A DNA stretch of 64,000 nucleotides, taken from positions 3,212-67,211 of the forward strand of contig CAINVP010000114.1 in the NCBI GenBank assembly GCA_903854185.1, written 5' to 3'. Shown in pieces: positions 62,607 through 64,000 of the stretch (the first letter of the stretch is position 1; every line of letters starts with the position of its first letter). Both the position numbers and the translations under genes were made by a program. Source of the stretch: an uncultured Actinomycetes bacterium. Lineage in GTDB: Bacteria; Actinomycetota; Actinomycetes; Nanopelagicales; Nanopelagicaceae. Under the pieces are notes generated by a model that searched no databases, had not been told where the DNA came from, and saw only the letters and a program-made list of their open reading frames with translations.

Positions 62607-64000
62607 GTGCCCGGTCTAAATATCACTCGCAGCGAAGCTGAATCCCGCTCATCCCTACTCTCGGTGGAAAGCTACGAGGTCACTATCGATGTGACTCATG
62701 GCCGAGAGGTATTTATTGCAAAGACTGTTGCGAAGTTCTCCTGCACTACCCCTGGCGCCGAGACGTTCCTCGATGCAGTCGGCAACAAGATTCTCAGCGC
62801 AACCCTCAATGGCGCACCGGTTGATACAACCTCATACGATGGAACAACAATCTTCATCAAGAACCTAGCTGCTCAGAACGAGTTAGTTGTCGAGATCGAG
62901 GCAGTCTTCTCCAAAGCCGGTGAAGGCCTACAGCTCTCCGTCGACCCAGTCGATGATGAGGCATACCTCTACTCTCAAGGTGAGACGGCGCATATCCGTC
63001 GCATGTATCCATGCTTTGACCAACCAGATCTCAAGTCAACGTGGCAACTCACTGCTATCGCACCATCGCATTGGGAAGTCATCTCTAACAGCCCAGTTGC
63101 ATCAAAGACCGATATCGGCGGAAAGAACAAGTGGGAGTTCACTGCAACCCCACGTATTTCAACGTACATCACTGCGATGGTCGCAGGGCCATACTCACAC
63201 GTGCATGACGAGTATGTCGGCGAGAAGACAATCCCACTCGGCATCTATTGCCGTAAGTCGCTCGCGGAATCCCTTGATCCAGAGAATATCTTTAAGGTGA
63301 CAAAGCAGGGCTTCAAGTATTTCGAAACAGTATTCGGTCTTCCATATCCATTTGAAAAGTATGACCAACTCGCAGTTGTCGATTACAACTGGGGCGCAAT
63401 GGAGAATGCAGGCTGCGTAACATTCCTAGAAGAGCTGCTAGTTTTCCGCTCTAAGGCAACTGACTTTATGTACGAGCGCCGTGCGATGGTCATCCTTCAT
63501 GAGATGGCACATATGTGGTTCGGAAATCTCGTAACAATGCAATGGTGGAATGATCTCTGGCTTAACGAGTCATTCGCCGAGTGGGCTGCATATACCTCTC
63601 TTTATGAGGGCACCGAGTTCAAGAACGCCTGGGCTGCCTTTAACTCATCTGACAAGACTTGGGCGTATAGCCAAGACCAGTTCAACTCAACTCATCCAAT
63701 TATCACCGTCATGGATGATATCGAGACGGTCGCCTCAAACTTCGATGGTATCTCGTACGCGAAAGGCGCTTCAGTCCTTCAGCAACTCTCTGCCTTCGTC
63801 GGTCGCGAGAACTTCATCAAGGGACTCCAGAATTACTTCAAGAAGCATGCGTGGGGCAACACCACATTCCCTGATCTCGTCAACGCGTTGCAGGATGCAA
63901 GCGGCAAGGATCTCACTGCGTGGGTTGATACCTGGCTACGCACTGCAGGTGTGAACACACTTCGCCCCAAGGTCGAAGTTGATGGTGATATCTACAACTC
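62607..64000 (+). CDS. pepN: Aminopeptidase N (M1 family), N-terminal part (continues past the right edge)
   Basis: Absent from the ORF track because it is truncated by the window edge. My translation from GTG 62607 (GGAGG 4 nt upstream) is open to position 64000. It contains GAMEN and HEMAHMWFG...WLNESFAE zinc-binding motifs. Confidence 0.9.
   Translation, partial: MPGLNITRSEAESRSSLLSVESYEVTIDVTHGREVFIAKTVAKFSCTTPGAETFLDAVGNKILSATLNGAPVDTTSYDGTTIFIKNLAAQNELVVEIEAVFSKAGEGLQLSVDPVDDEAYLYSQGETAHIRRMYPCFDQPDLKSTWQLTAIAPSHWEVISNSPVASKTDIGGKNKWEFTATPRISTYITAMVAGPYSHVHDEYVGEKTIPLGIYCRKSLAESLDPENIFKVTKQGFKYFETVFGLPYPFEKYDQLAVVDYNWGAMENAGCVTFLEELLVFRSKATDFMYERRAMVILHEMAHMWFGNLVTMQWWNDLWLNESFAEWAAYTSLYEGTEFKNAWAAFNSSDKTWAYSQDQFNSTHPIITVMDDIETVASNFDGISYAKGASVLQQLSAFVGRENFIKGLQNYFKKHAWGNTTFPDLVNALQDASGKDLTAWVDTWLRTAGVNTLRPKVEVDGDIYN

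Overview
This window is a compact, gene-dense stretch of chromosomal backbone. I count 58 CDS (54 on the minus strand) and 2 tRNAs. There is no rRNA, CRISPR, IS/transposase or recognisable phage gene. Gene content and order match the conserved Actinomycetota core arrangement. Listed left to right (transcription runs almost entirely right to left): infB-ylxR-nusA-rimP, proS, ispG-rseP-dxr, rlmN-cdsA-frr-pyrH-tsf-rpsB-xerC, a branched-chain amino-acid block (cimA-ilvE-leuB-serA-ilvC-ilvN-ilvB-ilvD), gatBAC, proA / proB-obg-rpmA-rplU, rne, rodA-mrdA-mreDCB, ndk-DUF4233-folC-valS, clpX-clpP2-clpP1-tig, tRNA-Pro/tRNA-Gly, rpiB, trmB, pepN. GC is roughly 45-50% by hand spot counts. That, together with many 1- or 4-nt start/stop overlaps and tiny spacers, suggests a streamlined actinobacterial genome; the taxon is inference only. 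Accessory insertions into the backbone are few: (1) a TauE/SafE permease; (2) a polyamine/guanidino-compound uptake and catabolism module (ureohydrolase, ABC transporter, PatD-like aldehyde dehydrogenase) between dxr and rlmN; (3) a membrane-anchored beta-lactamase-fold serine hydrolase inserted antisense between proB and proA; (4) a two-gene islet next to tRNA-Gly encoding a secreted bacterial collagen-like protein and a secreted Ala/Thr-rich protein with a Gly-rich tail. I did not find a convincing new multi-gene system: there is no defence, toxin-antitoxin, biosynthetic-cluster or mobile-element signature. Three items are most noteworthy. First, the collagen-like islet has degenerate tRNA-Gly 3'-end copies at its borders. 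Second, there is a candidate leaderless leader-peptide attenuator in front of ilvBNC. Third, an identical 18-nt ClgR-like operator sits at a fixed distance from a -10-like hexamer in front of both clpP1P2 and clpX.
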